Part shown: one piece after another, positions 47,808 through 59,383 of the stretch | Layout of the letters: every line of letters starts with the position of its first letter | How positions within the stretch are numbered: the first letter of the stretch is position 1 | Source of the DNA: Oopsacas minuta | Lineage: Eukaryota > Animalia > Porifera | Assembly (NCBI GenBank): GCA_024704765.1 | Contig: JAKMXF010000044.1 | Location: forward strand, 744,001 to 808,000 | Direction of reading: 5' to 3' | Length of the DNA: 64,000 nt | Notes under the pieces: generated by a model | What the model saw: only the letters and a program-made list of their open reading frames with translations | Databases searched by the model: none | What the model was told of the DNA's origin: nothing | Program-made: the position numbers and the translations under genes

Positions 47808-48152
47808 TTATGCGTCCCTAAAATATATAATCCGATGGTAGGGCGGCCCGCTGATTGAATAGGCCTGCAGTACACCATATTAATTCTGAGATTATACTGA
47901 ATAATCGATTTGGTGTGAGCAACTATGGAATACTGTCATAGAAGAAACAGAACATATATATACTTGAGAGCATATGAATATATATTAATTATATTAATGT
48001 GCGACATAGATTTACGAATTGGTTGAATAATCACTAAAAGAAATGACGGTATTCCAATAAGGCTATCTATTCAAACTGCCTTTATTGTGATTCTAAACAT
48101 TTGAAATATAAGAAGAGTAATTTTAAGTTTACTAAAAAGCAGGAATATTGGA

Positions 48153-49142
48153 ATGCATTCAAAATTGTGTATCTGCGTTTTGTGTGTGCTTTTACTATCC
48201 TGTACATGTTGCTACGGAGATATTATTATCAATATTAACTTCGCTACATGTGGTAATGGGGTGGTAGAGACTGGAGAGGATTGTGATTGTGGAACAGAAG
48301 AGTATTGTAATGAATACCAACCTTGTTGTGACAGGGAGAGCTGTACATTCAAACGAATTGACTTTTTGTGTAGAAACAATTCTACCCGATATCATACTGG
48401 TTGTGATTTACCTGAATATTGTAATGGGTCCAGTATTGAGTGCCCAGAAGACAGTCACAAACGAGATGGATACGAATGTTGGGACGGAGAGATAATGTCC
48501 TACTGCTATTCTGGAGATTGTAAGAACCACAATACTCAGTGTAATCACTACTGGGGAAATGAGAGCAAGAATGCAATAGATTATTGCTACAAATATCTGA
48601 ATACTGTGGGGAACAAGTATGGTAACTGTGGTGTGAATAAAGATGGGAGTTACAAACAGTGTATTCCAGGGAATGGATACTGTGGAAAGTTGTTCTGTGA
48701 TAAAAACCCCGAGGTACGACCTCAACAGGGATCAACATACGCAATCTACACTATCACATATATTAACGGAGATACTAACACAGAAATAACGTGTGTTAGT
48801 GTAAATATCAGTCTAGAGGGTGATAAGAGAGATCCAGGCCTAGTCTATGATGGAACGATATGTGCAGAGAATTCTATATGCATTGACCAAGAGTGCGTCG
48901 GACTCAGTACAATAGAACCGAAAAGATGTCCTGAAGTTGGAGGGATAGAGTGCGGAGGTAATGGAATATGTGACAACAAATTTAAATGTCAGTGCAATCA
49001 CAATTCTTATTCAGAACCGGTTACTTGTTCTGGTGAAAGAGAAAGTATAAGCGGGACTATGTCGTCAGAAGCAAACAATTTGAAGTATCTCTCTATCTAC
49101 TGGTTAGCTGTAATCACCCTATTGGTACTCCTATTTCACTGA
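48153..49142 (+). CDS. ADAM-like disintegrin / Cys-rich / EGF protein lacking pro- and metalloprotease domains; probable GPI or TM anchor
   Basis: Signal peptide, CGNGVVETGEDCDCG, CDLPEYCNG..CPED, ACR domain (GNCG...CGKLFC...GLVYDGTIC), EGF (CGGNGICDNKFKCQC), hydrophobic C-terminus. Confidence 0.85.
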   Translation: MHSKLCICVLCVLLLSCTCCYGDIIININFATCGNGVVETGEDCDCGTEEYCNEYQPCCDRESCTFKRIDFLCRNNSTRYHTGCDLPEYCNGSSIECPEDSHKRDGYECWDGEIMSYCYSGDCKNHNTQCNHYWGNESKNAIDYCYKYLNTVGNKYGNCGVNKDGSYKQCIPGNGYCGKLFCDKNPEVRPQQGSTYAIYTITYINGDTNTEITCVSVNISLEGDKRDPGLVYDGTICAENSICIDQECVGLSTIEPKRCPEVGGIECGGNGICDNKFKCQCNHNSYSEPVTCSGERESISGTMSSEANNLKYLSIYWLAVITLLVLLFH

Positions 49143-50422
49143 CTGGAATAAATTATGTATTTGAAGCCACAGCGAAATATACAAATGTTATCTATCGATG
49201 TAATAGCGATAATTATTCAAAATATGCCATCCACTCATCTTGAAAAGTATACTATCGATTTGTGTAAACCTGCTCAGTTATATGAAAATTTAATTATTCA
49301 TTTAATTATACAGTATGCAAGGCTGGTGGGAACGGTCTAGAAGGTAAGGCAAACACTGACATTTGCCTAGGCAATACAAATCTATGGGGCACTCTCCAAT
49401 TTGGCCTGACAACATTTAGTTTGCTTCTTCAGGGGCCTGAATATCATAGCAATGTATCGAATGTAGATAATACACTTGAAGTTACAAAATTGAAAATTGG
49501 ATGGCAATTATATCTGGAAATTTTAGTAACATATTTGCTAACTATGTTTGACCTTAGTAAAAAAGGGATTGAGAAATTGACCAGCAAAGTAAGAGGCTGC
49601 TTAGCCACTGTACGGATTGTAAACACTCTCTTTGCAGTTTTTATAAAAAATATACGTAAATATATTAATCAAACCCGACACGCTCATCCATTGTCAGGGT
49701 TTCATACAGGTGTTGGAAGCCATGGAATATACCACCCCCAGGGGTGTAAACATATCAATAAGAATCTTGGGTACAGGCCAGAACTCAAAACTCAATAGTC
49801 ATTCAATCTCAGTAATCCTGATATTCTTCCCGCAAGAAAAAAATTTCTGTATGAAAATGTATTAAAATGACTTTAGGAAGATAAGTAAGCGATATTGAAC
49901 AATTCAATTTTCTGGACAAAACATTTTGTAATCTTACAATAAATAAAAACATGCATACATTTGCCTCACAGCAGATATAGCTTCTGAGTACTCGACATAT
50001 GTTGGCAAATAGACACAATGTTGTCAGTACTTTACATTAAAGGACAAATACTAAATTCTCAGAAGCCAGATTACTTCAGTTCTAGAGCTAGAATAAGGTT
50101 GTGAAAGAGATTACACATTCTCATGCGTCTCATGAACGAATAAACAGCGATATTGTATAGAGAACTTAAGGAATGAATCACTGCAATAGACAAACCAAAT
50201 TTGACATAAGAAATTAAGAGACTTAAAATGTCAACATTAAATGACGGAAAATTTAAATATTTGACAAATGCTGATACTCTATAAATTCAGACTTTATTAG
50301 CAAGCAAGATTTATTATTATTAAAACAAAACATACAAAATATCAATACTTATCACATACTATTACATGCAAATTGCTGAGAAGAGTACTTGTAAATATGC
50401 ATTAAAAACAGTTGTAAGGAAG

Positions 50423-51553
50423 TTAAAAGCATTTCCTATGGATAATGCTAGGCCCTGCTTCATCATACTCATCCTTTGAGACCCACATATTTTGGAAAGA
50501 ACTCAGAGAGCCTAGGATAGATCCACCAATCCATACGGAGTACTTCCTCTCAGGGGGCGCAATCATCTTAATCTTCATAGTGGGCGGTGCGAGAGCACTG
50601 ATCTCTTTCTGCATACGATCAGCTAGACCAGGAAACATAGTACTACCACCTGACAGCACTGTGTTAGCATATAGATCCTTTCTGATATCTACATCACATT
50701 TCATAATACTGTTATAGGTTACTTCGTGGATACCAGCTGATTCCAAACCTAGGAAAGAGGGTTGGAAAAGAGCTTCGGCACAGCGGAAGCGTTCGTTACC
50801 AATAGTAATGACCTGGCCGTCTGGGAGCTCATATGACTTATTAATGGTAGAGGTAGAAGCAGCAGTGACCATCTCTTGCTCGAAGTCAAGAGCCACGTAA
50901 GCCAGTTTCTCTTTTATGTCACGAACTATCTCACGCTCTGCAGTGGTGGTGAATGAATATCCGCGCTCAGTAAGTATCTTAACTAGATAATCAGTGAGGT
51001 CACGACCAGCGAGATCAACACGCTGGATAGCATGGGGTAGAGCGAAGCCCTCATAAATCGGAACAGTATGTGATACACCATCACCTGAGTCAAATACGAT
51101 ACCAGTGGTACGACCGGATGCATAGAGCGAAAGCACTGCTTGAATGGCTACGTACATACCGGGCATGTTGAATGTCTCAAAAATGATTTGTGTCATCTTT
51201 TCGCGATTAAATTTCGGGTTGAGAGGGGCCTCTGTGAGTAGCACGGGGTGTTCCTCTGGTGCAACACGCAACTCGTTGTAGAACGTATGATGCCAGATCC
51301 TCTCCATGTCATCCCAGTTAGTGACTATTCCATGCTCGATTGGGTACTTCAGTGTAAGGATACCTCGTTTGCTCTGTGCCTCATCACCTACGTATGCTTC
51401 CTTATTACCCATGCCTGGCATGAAATTATTATAACGTGCACGACCTACTATGCTGGGAAAAACGGCACGGGGAGCGTCATCTCCTGCGAAACCGGCTTTG
51501 CACATTCCTGACCCGTTGTCAACAACCAGAGCAAGCATGTCATTGTCTGCCAT
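50423..51553 (-). CDS. Actin, divergent paralog, intronless
   Basis: Full 376-aa actin ([24 protein letters not shown]); altered DNase-I loop. Confidence 0.98.
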
Positions 51554-51653
51554 TATGTGAAAATTGATAGATTATATTTTGTAAGGAAGCGGAAGAAGGC
51601 GTTAATGAAGATGTTGTAGTGATGTAGATAAAATAAATAAGGTTCCACACACA

Positions 51654-51701
51654 TTTATACCTTCTTGGAAATGTTAAAAATAAAAAAATGACCATATGAG
51701 G
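51654..51701 (-). promoter_or_regulatory. Putative actin promoter: TATAAA (51654-59) and CArG-like CCTCATATGG (51692-701)
   Basis: About 100-150 bp upstream of the actin ATG; the CArG has one mismatch; the region is AT-rich, so chance occurrence is possible. Confidence 0.4.
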
Positions 51702-53483
51702 GAGAAATCTGTCCGTTCTGTTTGGTAATATTTCTCCTATATTTGGGCATAATATATCAAGGAGTTTTTGCGTTCGTCCGCTTTAGCACGATCTCTAATA
51801 TTAGTATACTAATTACAGCAATCAGTGTATGGCAATTACTATTGTATTAATTACTGAATTCATATAATTCAACAATTCTATAAGATGCTACTATACAAGC
51901 ATCCTAATAAATTCGTTTGCCCTCCGATCAATCATGCCCATCTTGTCAGATCTCCAGATCTTAATTAATAATCAACCTTTAAAGAATGGAAGAGAACGTG
52001 TCCCTAAATTTAGTTTTATTTGTAGTGTAGTTTTATTCAAATCATTTGTGAACATTGCTATAGATAATATTAGTTTAATTCATAAGTAAACAGAGGGAAT
52101 GAAAGTGGTTCCAAATCTAAGCTAACACACTGTATTGAGTTCAGCCAACTCGTACAAAACAGGTGGTATAAGTATGTTTGTAAAGTATATCAACCAGGTA
52201 ATTATGCTGTAAAAACTAAGCTAATTATACTGCTGGTCTCTCACGTGCATACACAATAAATCAGGGCTGTAACATAACTACATCGGAACATGATCTGAAA
52301 CAAAGTTGTCAAGTCGTGGAGAGCTTGACACGCCAAAAAGTGGAATTGATACTAAACTAATTTCTGGGAATGTTATACGACTTTTCAGTATATTTTCCAT
52401 TTACATATTATACCTGACATTGATTATAATACAAGTCAAATTTTTGCCAAAAAGAACAATAGCCCAATGAATGGGGTAATGGGGTAATGGCCTATCGGCG
52501 GGGGTAAAATATTTTGAAGAGACAAGGATAGCTCAAGAGCCCCAGCCCCTAGGGATATAGGTTAACCAATGGTTTGAATTTAATAATAGAAATAAGAAAT
52601 AAATAATTGCTAACGTCTCATTAACTGAGGAATAATGTACTATTAATAACTTTACATGTAATAAAGTATTAAATGTCACTGATTATATTTCAATATACAA
52701 TTTCATAAAAGCTCCATTTATGGAAATATATTATGTAGTTTGAGATTAAGATTAATTCAACAATTGCGTTAACCCACCCGTTAAGTGTTTAATGCATAAC
52801 CTGACTAAGGCAATAAGCGCCCTGCGTGCTAACATTTCGTTCAAATAAAACTCCAGGTGCTTGTAGATAGATATATGGTATAAAAACAATTACATGAAAT
52901 TAAGTTTTGTTGCCTCCTAGTAATTGCTTGTTTTTCCAAAATATCATTTAAATACAAAAACTTATTGGTTATTGCTACCCTGATCAATAGGATAATGCAA
53001 AAAGTGGTTTGAATTTTCTTTCGGGGTATTTGCCTATCTGTTTCTAGCCCTCTTTCAAATGTTAAGTGATCAAAAAATCCTGATTTAGAGAAATTTTCAT
53101 TGGCCAAAATGCAGGCTTGCCGTGGAAATGAAAATCCCATCCATATCCATATGCAGGCCATTTTTACGTGAATATCCATGGATATTGTAAGATATTTCGA
53201 AAACCTAAGGCCTGTTGTGGTGTTGGGTATCCGTAGATGCCCTATAGTCTAGATTCCTTCCCGCTACAGGTTTCTTGGTGGACTTCCACTGTACTCATGC
53301 CACTCTATATTTTATCAAATTTCGGTAGGTCACACAAATGTTTTGGAACAATATCCACATGAGAGGTATGACATTTCGTTTCTTCAACTAAATAGCACTC
53401 ATATGATTTTGTTGATCCTGGTACACCTGATTACTCAGTAAGTATAAACTTTCAACGATTTTAGGTAAAAAGAAATAGTATTA

Positions 53484-53568
53484 CAGTCGACAACCGCCGT
53501 TAATTCGAACTTTCGCAGGAAAAAATTTATTCGAATTAAAAGGTATTCGTATTAATGGTTGTTGACTG
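53484..53568. mobile_element. 85-bp Tc1/pogo-type MITE
   Basis: CAGTCGACAACC..TTAAT / ATTAATGGTTGTTGACTG, TA flanks. Confidence 0.7.
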
Positions 53569-53626
53569 TATATTGCTAAGTATTGTAAATATTTTAGTTT
53601 TTAACTCTTTTGCTGTGCATTTTTGG

Positions 53627-53724
53627 CAGGGTTGGGTTCAAGTGCAATTTTTTGTACTTAAGTACTTGTACTTACTGTAAGTTACTTAAATTTTACCAGT
53701 ACTTGTACTTGTACTTGAACCCTA
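53627..53724. mobile_element. Degenerate hAT-like MITE with GTACTT repeats
   Basis: CAGGGTTGGGTTCAAGT ... (GTACTT)n GAACCC. Confidence 0.5.
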
Positions 53725-53838
53725 TCTTTTTTGGGGGGCAAAAAACGTTTTCGGCTGGACTTGAAATTTTCATAAATTGTATTTTCAAAGCTTAAAGCTG
53801 CAAAGGTAGACCTCAGATGAGAACAATCAGACCTTAAA

Positions 53839-54004
53839 CAGGGCCGTAGCCACCGGTCCTGTTGATCTATTTTTCCAATATGTTATCAATCGGTCAGGTT
53901 GTACAGTTCAACCTGGCTAATTGGTCAGGTTATATAGCTCTACCTAACCTGGTCTTTTCGCTGTAACCAACAGGGCCACTTGTATTTTCATGACTACGGC
54001 GCTG
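53839..54004. mobile_element. 166-bp MITE with 5-bp TSD
   Basis: TIR CAGGGCCGTAGCCA / TGACTACGGCGCTG; TTAAA flanks both ends. Confidence 0.75.
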
Positions 54005-54042
54005 TTAAACAACGTATTTATTTGAATAATAATAGATATTTA

Positions 54043-56529
54043 TCAAGTGAATGTGTTGGCTCTATAAAATCCACTAAAGTTTAGAATAACAGCAAGCCTC
54101 CTCAGGTTAAGAATAGGATTCTTATAAATGTGTTTAACGAATGACTGAACTATCTGATTGAACTTAGTATATTGTAACTGTATAGTCTGGTTAGTGAGTA
54201 ACATCTTGTTCATAAACTCTTCTATTCGTTCAATCTCTTTCTGTTCAAAACTGTCAGTTGTTCCCCAATCATTAGATCCAATTCTTTTCTCTGATAGTTG
54301 TTTAGCATGTAACTCTAATTCTAAATCCTGAAACATTGTCTGTAACATATCCTCAGCAAACTCGATGCTATCAAATAAAGCTAGACACATGCTATTCAGT
54401 TCTGAGAGGATATTTAGATATTTTACCTTTATTTGAACATTATTTATCGTGTTAGGAGGAGATACCAGGTAACAACCAACACGCAGATTATCAAGGTAAT
54501 TAGTGTGTGTAGTCCTCAGCAGATCCAAATCTGTACAATCATCCAATGCTTTACAAAACTCATCCCAATGAGAAGTAAATACATCAGATGTATAGAATTG
54601 TATCTTCTTAACAAAGTGTATCATGCAATTAACATAGAAATGAGAAGTGAAGTACAACTGAGATAGGTCGTATTCCTCTGTCACACGTCTGAAGTATAAT
54701 GACAGCTGTCTCCACAAGGATGACAAAATAAATTCGCTTTTCCTGATATTCATAACAACCTTGAATATGGATTGGTATGCTAGAATAGTGGACGGAGGAA
54801 AGACTGTGTCCAGAGGTTTAGTCAATATGTAATCTAGATTAATAACATTCCATCCAATTTCTCCCTCACTCCCTGCCAACAGTTTTACTACAAATTGATT
54901 CAGTACGTAATCAGGACATCTCTTTGCTGTCGTGCTTTGTAATGAGAGTGAAAATATTTGTTTGAGTTCTTGTAAGTCTATTTGAGCTACAGGCGCATCG
55001 AGGTAGTATTTTGATTCAGTTAAAAATGAAAAAGCAAAATCGCCTCTTTCCATTAGAAAGAATTCCTGAAATCCTTTCAGGTGAATTTTCAGCATAAATG
55101 TACACACAAGTATCCGCATTAAATGAGCAGATTGTGTCATGTATATCTCCTCGATTATATTCTCGAATGTTCCATCTAATACAGTCTCAAAGCTTAGAGA
55201 AAAATCATTAAATAGAGATTCTGTTGAGGAGAAGTTATCACTAGATTCATTACAAACAAGTCTCAGATAAGATACAGTTTTTCCTGCAATTAATATCTTT
55301 CTGGCTAATTGCTGGGAAATAAACTCAGGTAGGCTATCAAGAGATATCGTATACTTCTTCTCCCAACTATCTACCTTCTCATCCTGATTAGTAGTGATAA
55401 AGAAATCATTTCTCCGCTCTTCCTCCACTAACTCTCCCAGACACACCCACTTATGTATGAAGGATTGAAGAGGTACCATGAGGTCCTTCAGGAATGATCT
55501 TATAATTCTACGCATCTTCTGACATCCTGTGAATGTAGCTCTATACACCTGGTTAATCAGAGCTCCTCCTGTGTCGCCTGTACTCTCCCAGGACTCCAAC
55601 AGAGAGCACAATCTAGTCATACAATAAATAGGATCTTGTAAATATAGCAACAGAGATCTTAGGGTATACGGTGTTGTCTGTACTTCAGGATATAGAGTTA
55701 CATACTCCCTATACTCCTGCAGATTATCCCGTATAGCAGATAACACACTATAAGTTATAAAACTAGGTGAACCACTCATCTTATCTAGTATCAACTGTAT
55801 GTGTAGATAACTATAACATAGCCTGACAATACACATACATATCTTAAGAAGGGAATCTGGTATCATAGGAGAGGCAGTTACCTCAAAACTAGGAGTATTG
55901 TCTACCAAACTACAACAAATAAAAGAACCTTCCTTCCCCACTAAAATATCAAGGAGATCAGATACAAGGTCATCTTCCAAGATATGGTAGGAAGCTGGAG
56001 TGTACTCATCTAATGTAGTCAGGTCAGGGTGTTCAGAAAGAACTAGACCAGAAGACAGTGGAATAGATGGTAATGGAAGTGTAGGTATAGCAGCTGGAGG
56101 TCTTAACGAGAGAGGAGAAGTAGACAGAGAAGAATCCAAAATATTATAAGAATCTATAAAGTGTATAGCAGGAGAGCTATCTGAGAGTATGAGAAGAAAT
56201 TTAAAGAATCTATCACTGTAAGCGGAAGTCCCTAACTTATTGTAAAGATGCATAAGATATGTGAATTTAGGATCGTGAAAGCGTCTACTTATCCTACTCT
56301 CACACTTATTCAGGAGAGAGAATGAATCTTGAGTTATAGGTATCTCTACGTTACTTTCAAAACTGGAATAAAATTCACTTTTATTCTGTGAATTATTGTA
56401 TAGGTATTCAATCACTGTTACAATGTTACAGTCATTAGCTTCTGTATCATTAGAATTAGATGTATGTTGGATTAATTCAGATACCAATCTGTGAATATTC
56501 GCGAAATTGTCAAAATCTGGTAGAGTCAT
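54043..56529 (-). CDS. TUBGCP3: Gamma-tubulin complex component 3, intronless
   Basis: GRIP motifs: FFLMERGDF, GEIGWNVINLDY..KPLDTVF, MIHFVKKIQFY resemble GCP3. Confidence 0.8.
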   Translation of the reverse strand: MTLPDFDNFANIHRLVSELIQHTSNSNDTEANDCNIVTVIEYLYNNSQNKSEFYSSFESNVEIPITQDSFSLLNKCESRISRRFHDPKFTYLMHLYNKLGTSAYSDRFFKFLLILSDSSPAIHFIDSYNILDSSLSTSPLSLRPPAAIPTLPLPSIPLSSGLVLSEHPDLTTLDEYTPASYHILEDDLVSDLLDILVGKEGSFICCSLVDNTPSFEVTASPMIPDSLLKICMCIVRLCYSYLHIQLILDKMSGSPSFITYSVLSAIRDNLQEYREYVTLYPEVQTTPYTLRSLLLYLQDPIYCMTRLCSLLESWESTGDTGGALINQVYRATFTGCQKMRRIIRSFLKDLMVPLQSFIHKWVCLGELVEEERRNDFFITTNQDEKVDSWEKKYTISLDSLPEFISQQLARKILIAGKTVSYLRLVCNESSDNFSSTESLFNDFSLSFETVLDGTFENIIEEIYMTQSAHLMRILVCTFMLKIHLKGFQEFFLMERGDFAFSFLTESKYYLDAPVAQIDLQELKQIFSLSLQSTTAKRCPDYVLNQFVVKLLAGSEGEIGWNVINLDYILTKPLDTVFPPSTILAYQSIFKVVMNIRKSEFILSSLWRQLSLYFRRVTEEYDLSQLYFTSHFYVNCMIHFVKKIQFYTSDVFTSHWDEFCKALDDCTDLDLLRTTHTNYLDNLRVGCYLVSPPNTINNVQIKVKYLNILSELNSMCLALFDSIEFAEDMLQTMFQDLELELHAKQLSEKRIGSNDWGTTDSFEQKEIERIEEFMNKMLLTNQTIQLQYTKFNQIVQSFVKHIYKNPILNLRRLAVILNFSGFYRANTFT

Positions 56530-56738
56530 AATTGTAACTATGTAACAATACCAAGAGGAAAATTTTCAGTTAATCGGGTTAATTTAGAAATATTCTAGGC
56601 ACGAAATATCGAGTTAATATTCCAAAGCCGTGGAGCGATTATTGTGTCATATAATGAGCCAGTTGTGTACTCGCCTCATGTTGTGAAGCAACCTAGCGCC
56701 TAGTTTGAATAAAATTAAAACAGAAACGAACCAATTAA

Positions 56739-57398
56739 TTATTTGAGAATTTTTAGAAGCTTACATAATTCAATACACAACTTATTAACAGGTAGTCCAA
56801 CAACATTAAAGTAGTCTCCTATCACTCCGCTGACTAATGTTGAACCCATTCCCTGACAACCATATCCCCCTGCCTTGTCCAATGGTTCACCAGTATCCAC
56901 ATATGCAGCTATACATTCCTCAGTAAGGTGTGAAAATGTAACCTGAGTTGTCTCAGAAAACTTTATACAATTACCAATTACGTCATTACTAACACCAGCA
57001 AATGCTCCGGGATAGAAGATAGAGACGCCAGAGCAAACAGAATGAGTGTGTCCACTAAGTGACGTCAAGATATTAATTGCATCCTCCTTATCTTTAGGTT
57101 TCCCAATTACTTTATTATCAAATGCTACAACTGTATCTGCACTGACAATAAGGTCCCAATGTTGATGAGATTTGTCAAGTCTAGATCTAACAGCTGATCC
57201 CTTGTGGTAGGCTGTATCGATTACAAAATCGGAGACAGAGGGATAGTTGGACGGATCAAGATCCTCCTCAAATTCGGAATGGATAATTTTAACAGGAAGC
57301 TGGATGAGAGAGCATAGCTCCTTCCGTCTGGGAGAGGAGCTAGCTAGGATTATATCCAGCTGACTCAATACTTTACTGTGAGCAGACAACATAGACAC
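56739..57398 (-). CDS. Maf-family dTTP/UTP pyrophosphatase (ASMTL N-terminal-like)
   Basis: IILASSSPRR, SADTVV, KPKD, GEPLDKAGGYG, NVVGLP. Confidence 0.93.
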   Translation of the reverse strand: MSMLSAHSKVLSQLDIILASSSPRRKELCSLIQLPVKIIHSEFEEDLDPSNYPSVSDFVIDTAYHKGSAVRSRLDKSHQHWDLIVSADTVVAFDNKVIGKPKDKEDAINILTSLSGHTHSVCSGVSIFYPGAFAGVSNDVIGNCIKFSETTQVTFSHLTEECIAAYVDTGEPLDKAGGYGCQGMGSTLVSGVIGDYFNVVGLPVNKLCIELCKLLKILK

Positions 57399-58003
57399 AG
57401 AGTTGCTGTAGGTACTGGTATGAAATTAAATAAACTTAACTTATCACGTAGTATTCTTAGTGTATTAAAGATTGTTATACTGTCGGTGTCTAATTTGGTG
57501 TCGTATTTATCATGAATTAACATAGTATTACCCCTACTAAAGTTGTTATTTAGCTATAGTGTTCGGACTTTCAGAGTTTTGTGTAGGTAGAAAATAATAA
57601 TATCCCATGCAAATCTCTACCTTAGAGTATTGTAAGTCATTTAAAATTCTAAGTAGAAAGGAGAATATAAGAGAAATAGATCTACAAATCCGCATGGATA
57701 ATTTACATGAGGTTCCATTATATGTAGAAATATACCTAGCATGGCTCTGGAATCTGACACATATTCGGTCATAACACGACTTGTATATAAGTACTGAAAC
57801 ATGGACTGACTATATATAAATTAGAAGGTAGCTGTTAATGAATTTTAGAACTGTCATAGTCTATGAAACAGTTATAAACCTATAATAAGACAAGTACATG
57901 AAATAATCGAATAATAACCAACTGAAAACATTCACGTCAGTTTCAGGTAAAATAAATAAAAATAACTAAATTCCTGATGTCCATATTAATTCTGTTCCGA
58001 TCG

Positions 58004-58249
58004 TCAAGTGTTGACTCCAGAATTCGTAGTAGAATTCGTAGCAAAATGGGTATCCACATGCCCATTTTGAGTAGACCTCTGAGAGCTACGAGGAGGTCTA
58101 GACTTCATTGGTACTAGTAGATTAATCAGGATAACAAAAGGTAAAATAATAATAAAAGCGTACAAGGACCAGAGATAGGGATACTGATTAGCAATAATGA
58201 TATATTGGTCTATCAGCCATCCGAATGAAGCTTGTGATTTATCAGCCAT
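58004..58249 (-). CDS. Small single-pass membrane protein (81 aa)
   Basis: ATG-initiated ORF with one TM segment (YPYLWSLYAFIIILPFVILINLL) and a polar tail. Confidence 0.5.
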   Translation of the reverse strand: MADKSQASFGWLIDQYIIIANQYPYLWSLYAFIIILPFVILINLLVPMKSRPPRSSQRSTQNGHVDTHFATNSTTNSGVNT

Positions 58250-58642
58250 GGAAATGATACAAAGATTGAAAACTAACTAATAATATAATCAATGTATAAA
58301 TTTGGTAAAACAGATTTACGGAATGAAGATAAGAATGACAAGGTAATATCGAATGGAAGACCTAATTACGAAATTGCCAAAAAATTGTTAAATCATTAAA
58401 AAGATCAGCTGACTCATAAAACTAATCTGTAGTCAAGATTATAAGAAATTGTTTTTCCAATAAAGGCTATGATATTCACTAAATTTGATAATGAATTATT
58501 CAATAGTTCAAGGAGAAAGGAAACTGTGTATGTTGACCTCTTAGAAAGAAATCGTAAGAAATATCGTTAAAGCATAAAATCAATACACTCAATATATAAC
58601 TGTAAGCAATCATCTAATTAATATGCTAAATTGAGTTAATTA

Positions 58643-58984
58643 CTAAGTCCATTTCCACTGACCTTTTCTAATTCCCAGTCTCTTCCTCTTACGAGCTTCC
58701 TTTATCTTCTTCAACTTAGACTTGCTTGGTTTATTATTGTCATGCTGTCCCTTTTCAGTATCATTATCTGTTGTAGTCTGATTAGAGTTCACAGTAGAAT
58801 TATCTGAAATAACTTTATCTGTTTGTTCAGATTCACTAACTTCCATTACTTTTGCTTCGTTGGCTTTCTTAATAGCTAACATATGGTGCTTAAGAATTAA
58901 AGCTTGTTTCTGTCTCTCTTGGTATTTGGCTCGTAGAGGAGCTCTTCTACGCTGTCGAATTTTAGATCTCTGACCTCTGGCCAT
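58643..58984 (-). CDS. Basic nucleolar-type protein, LLPH-like
   Basis: MARGQRSKIRQRRRA N-terminus and Lys/Arg-rich, Trp-containing C-terminus, as in LLP homologs. Confidence 0.55.
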   Translation of the reverse strand: MARGQRSKIRQRRRAPLRAKYQERQKQALILKHHMLAIKKANEAKVMEVSESEQTDKVISDNSTVNSNQTTTDNDTEKGQHDNNKPSKSKLKKIKEARKRKRLGIRKGQWKWT

Positions 58985-59383
58985 AAGTATTACATATACC
59001 TAATTCACAATTATTCACTGACATTATGAATACAAATTGAAAGGACTTATACCGCTGGTTATCAAACTATCAGTGAAGCAATAATACTATATAAGTAGTT
59101 AAGATTAAGAGGAATATATAAGGGCACTCTCTATATTTCTATTTCTTAGATTTCTTGTGCATTTACGTACATAGAATCTATAGATTCGCTTCGAGATTAT
59201 TGAGATTACTCAAAAATCTCGAAGTGAGGCATATCTATGGAATGATAAAAAACATCTGGTAGAAAATTTGGGCATAACAAAGAAAAGATGTTACAGTAAT
59301 AGCAGTATAGGATAAAAACCATGAACAATATAAGATAGGATAGCCAGGAGATCAAGAAAAGATACCATATACAACAAGTACTG

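Noticed and set aside
52841-53179. 112-aa ORF upstream of actin
   Set aside because: No recognisable domain; lies in a TE-like repetitive region
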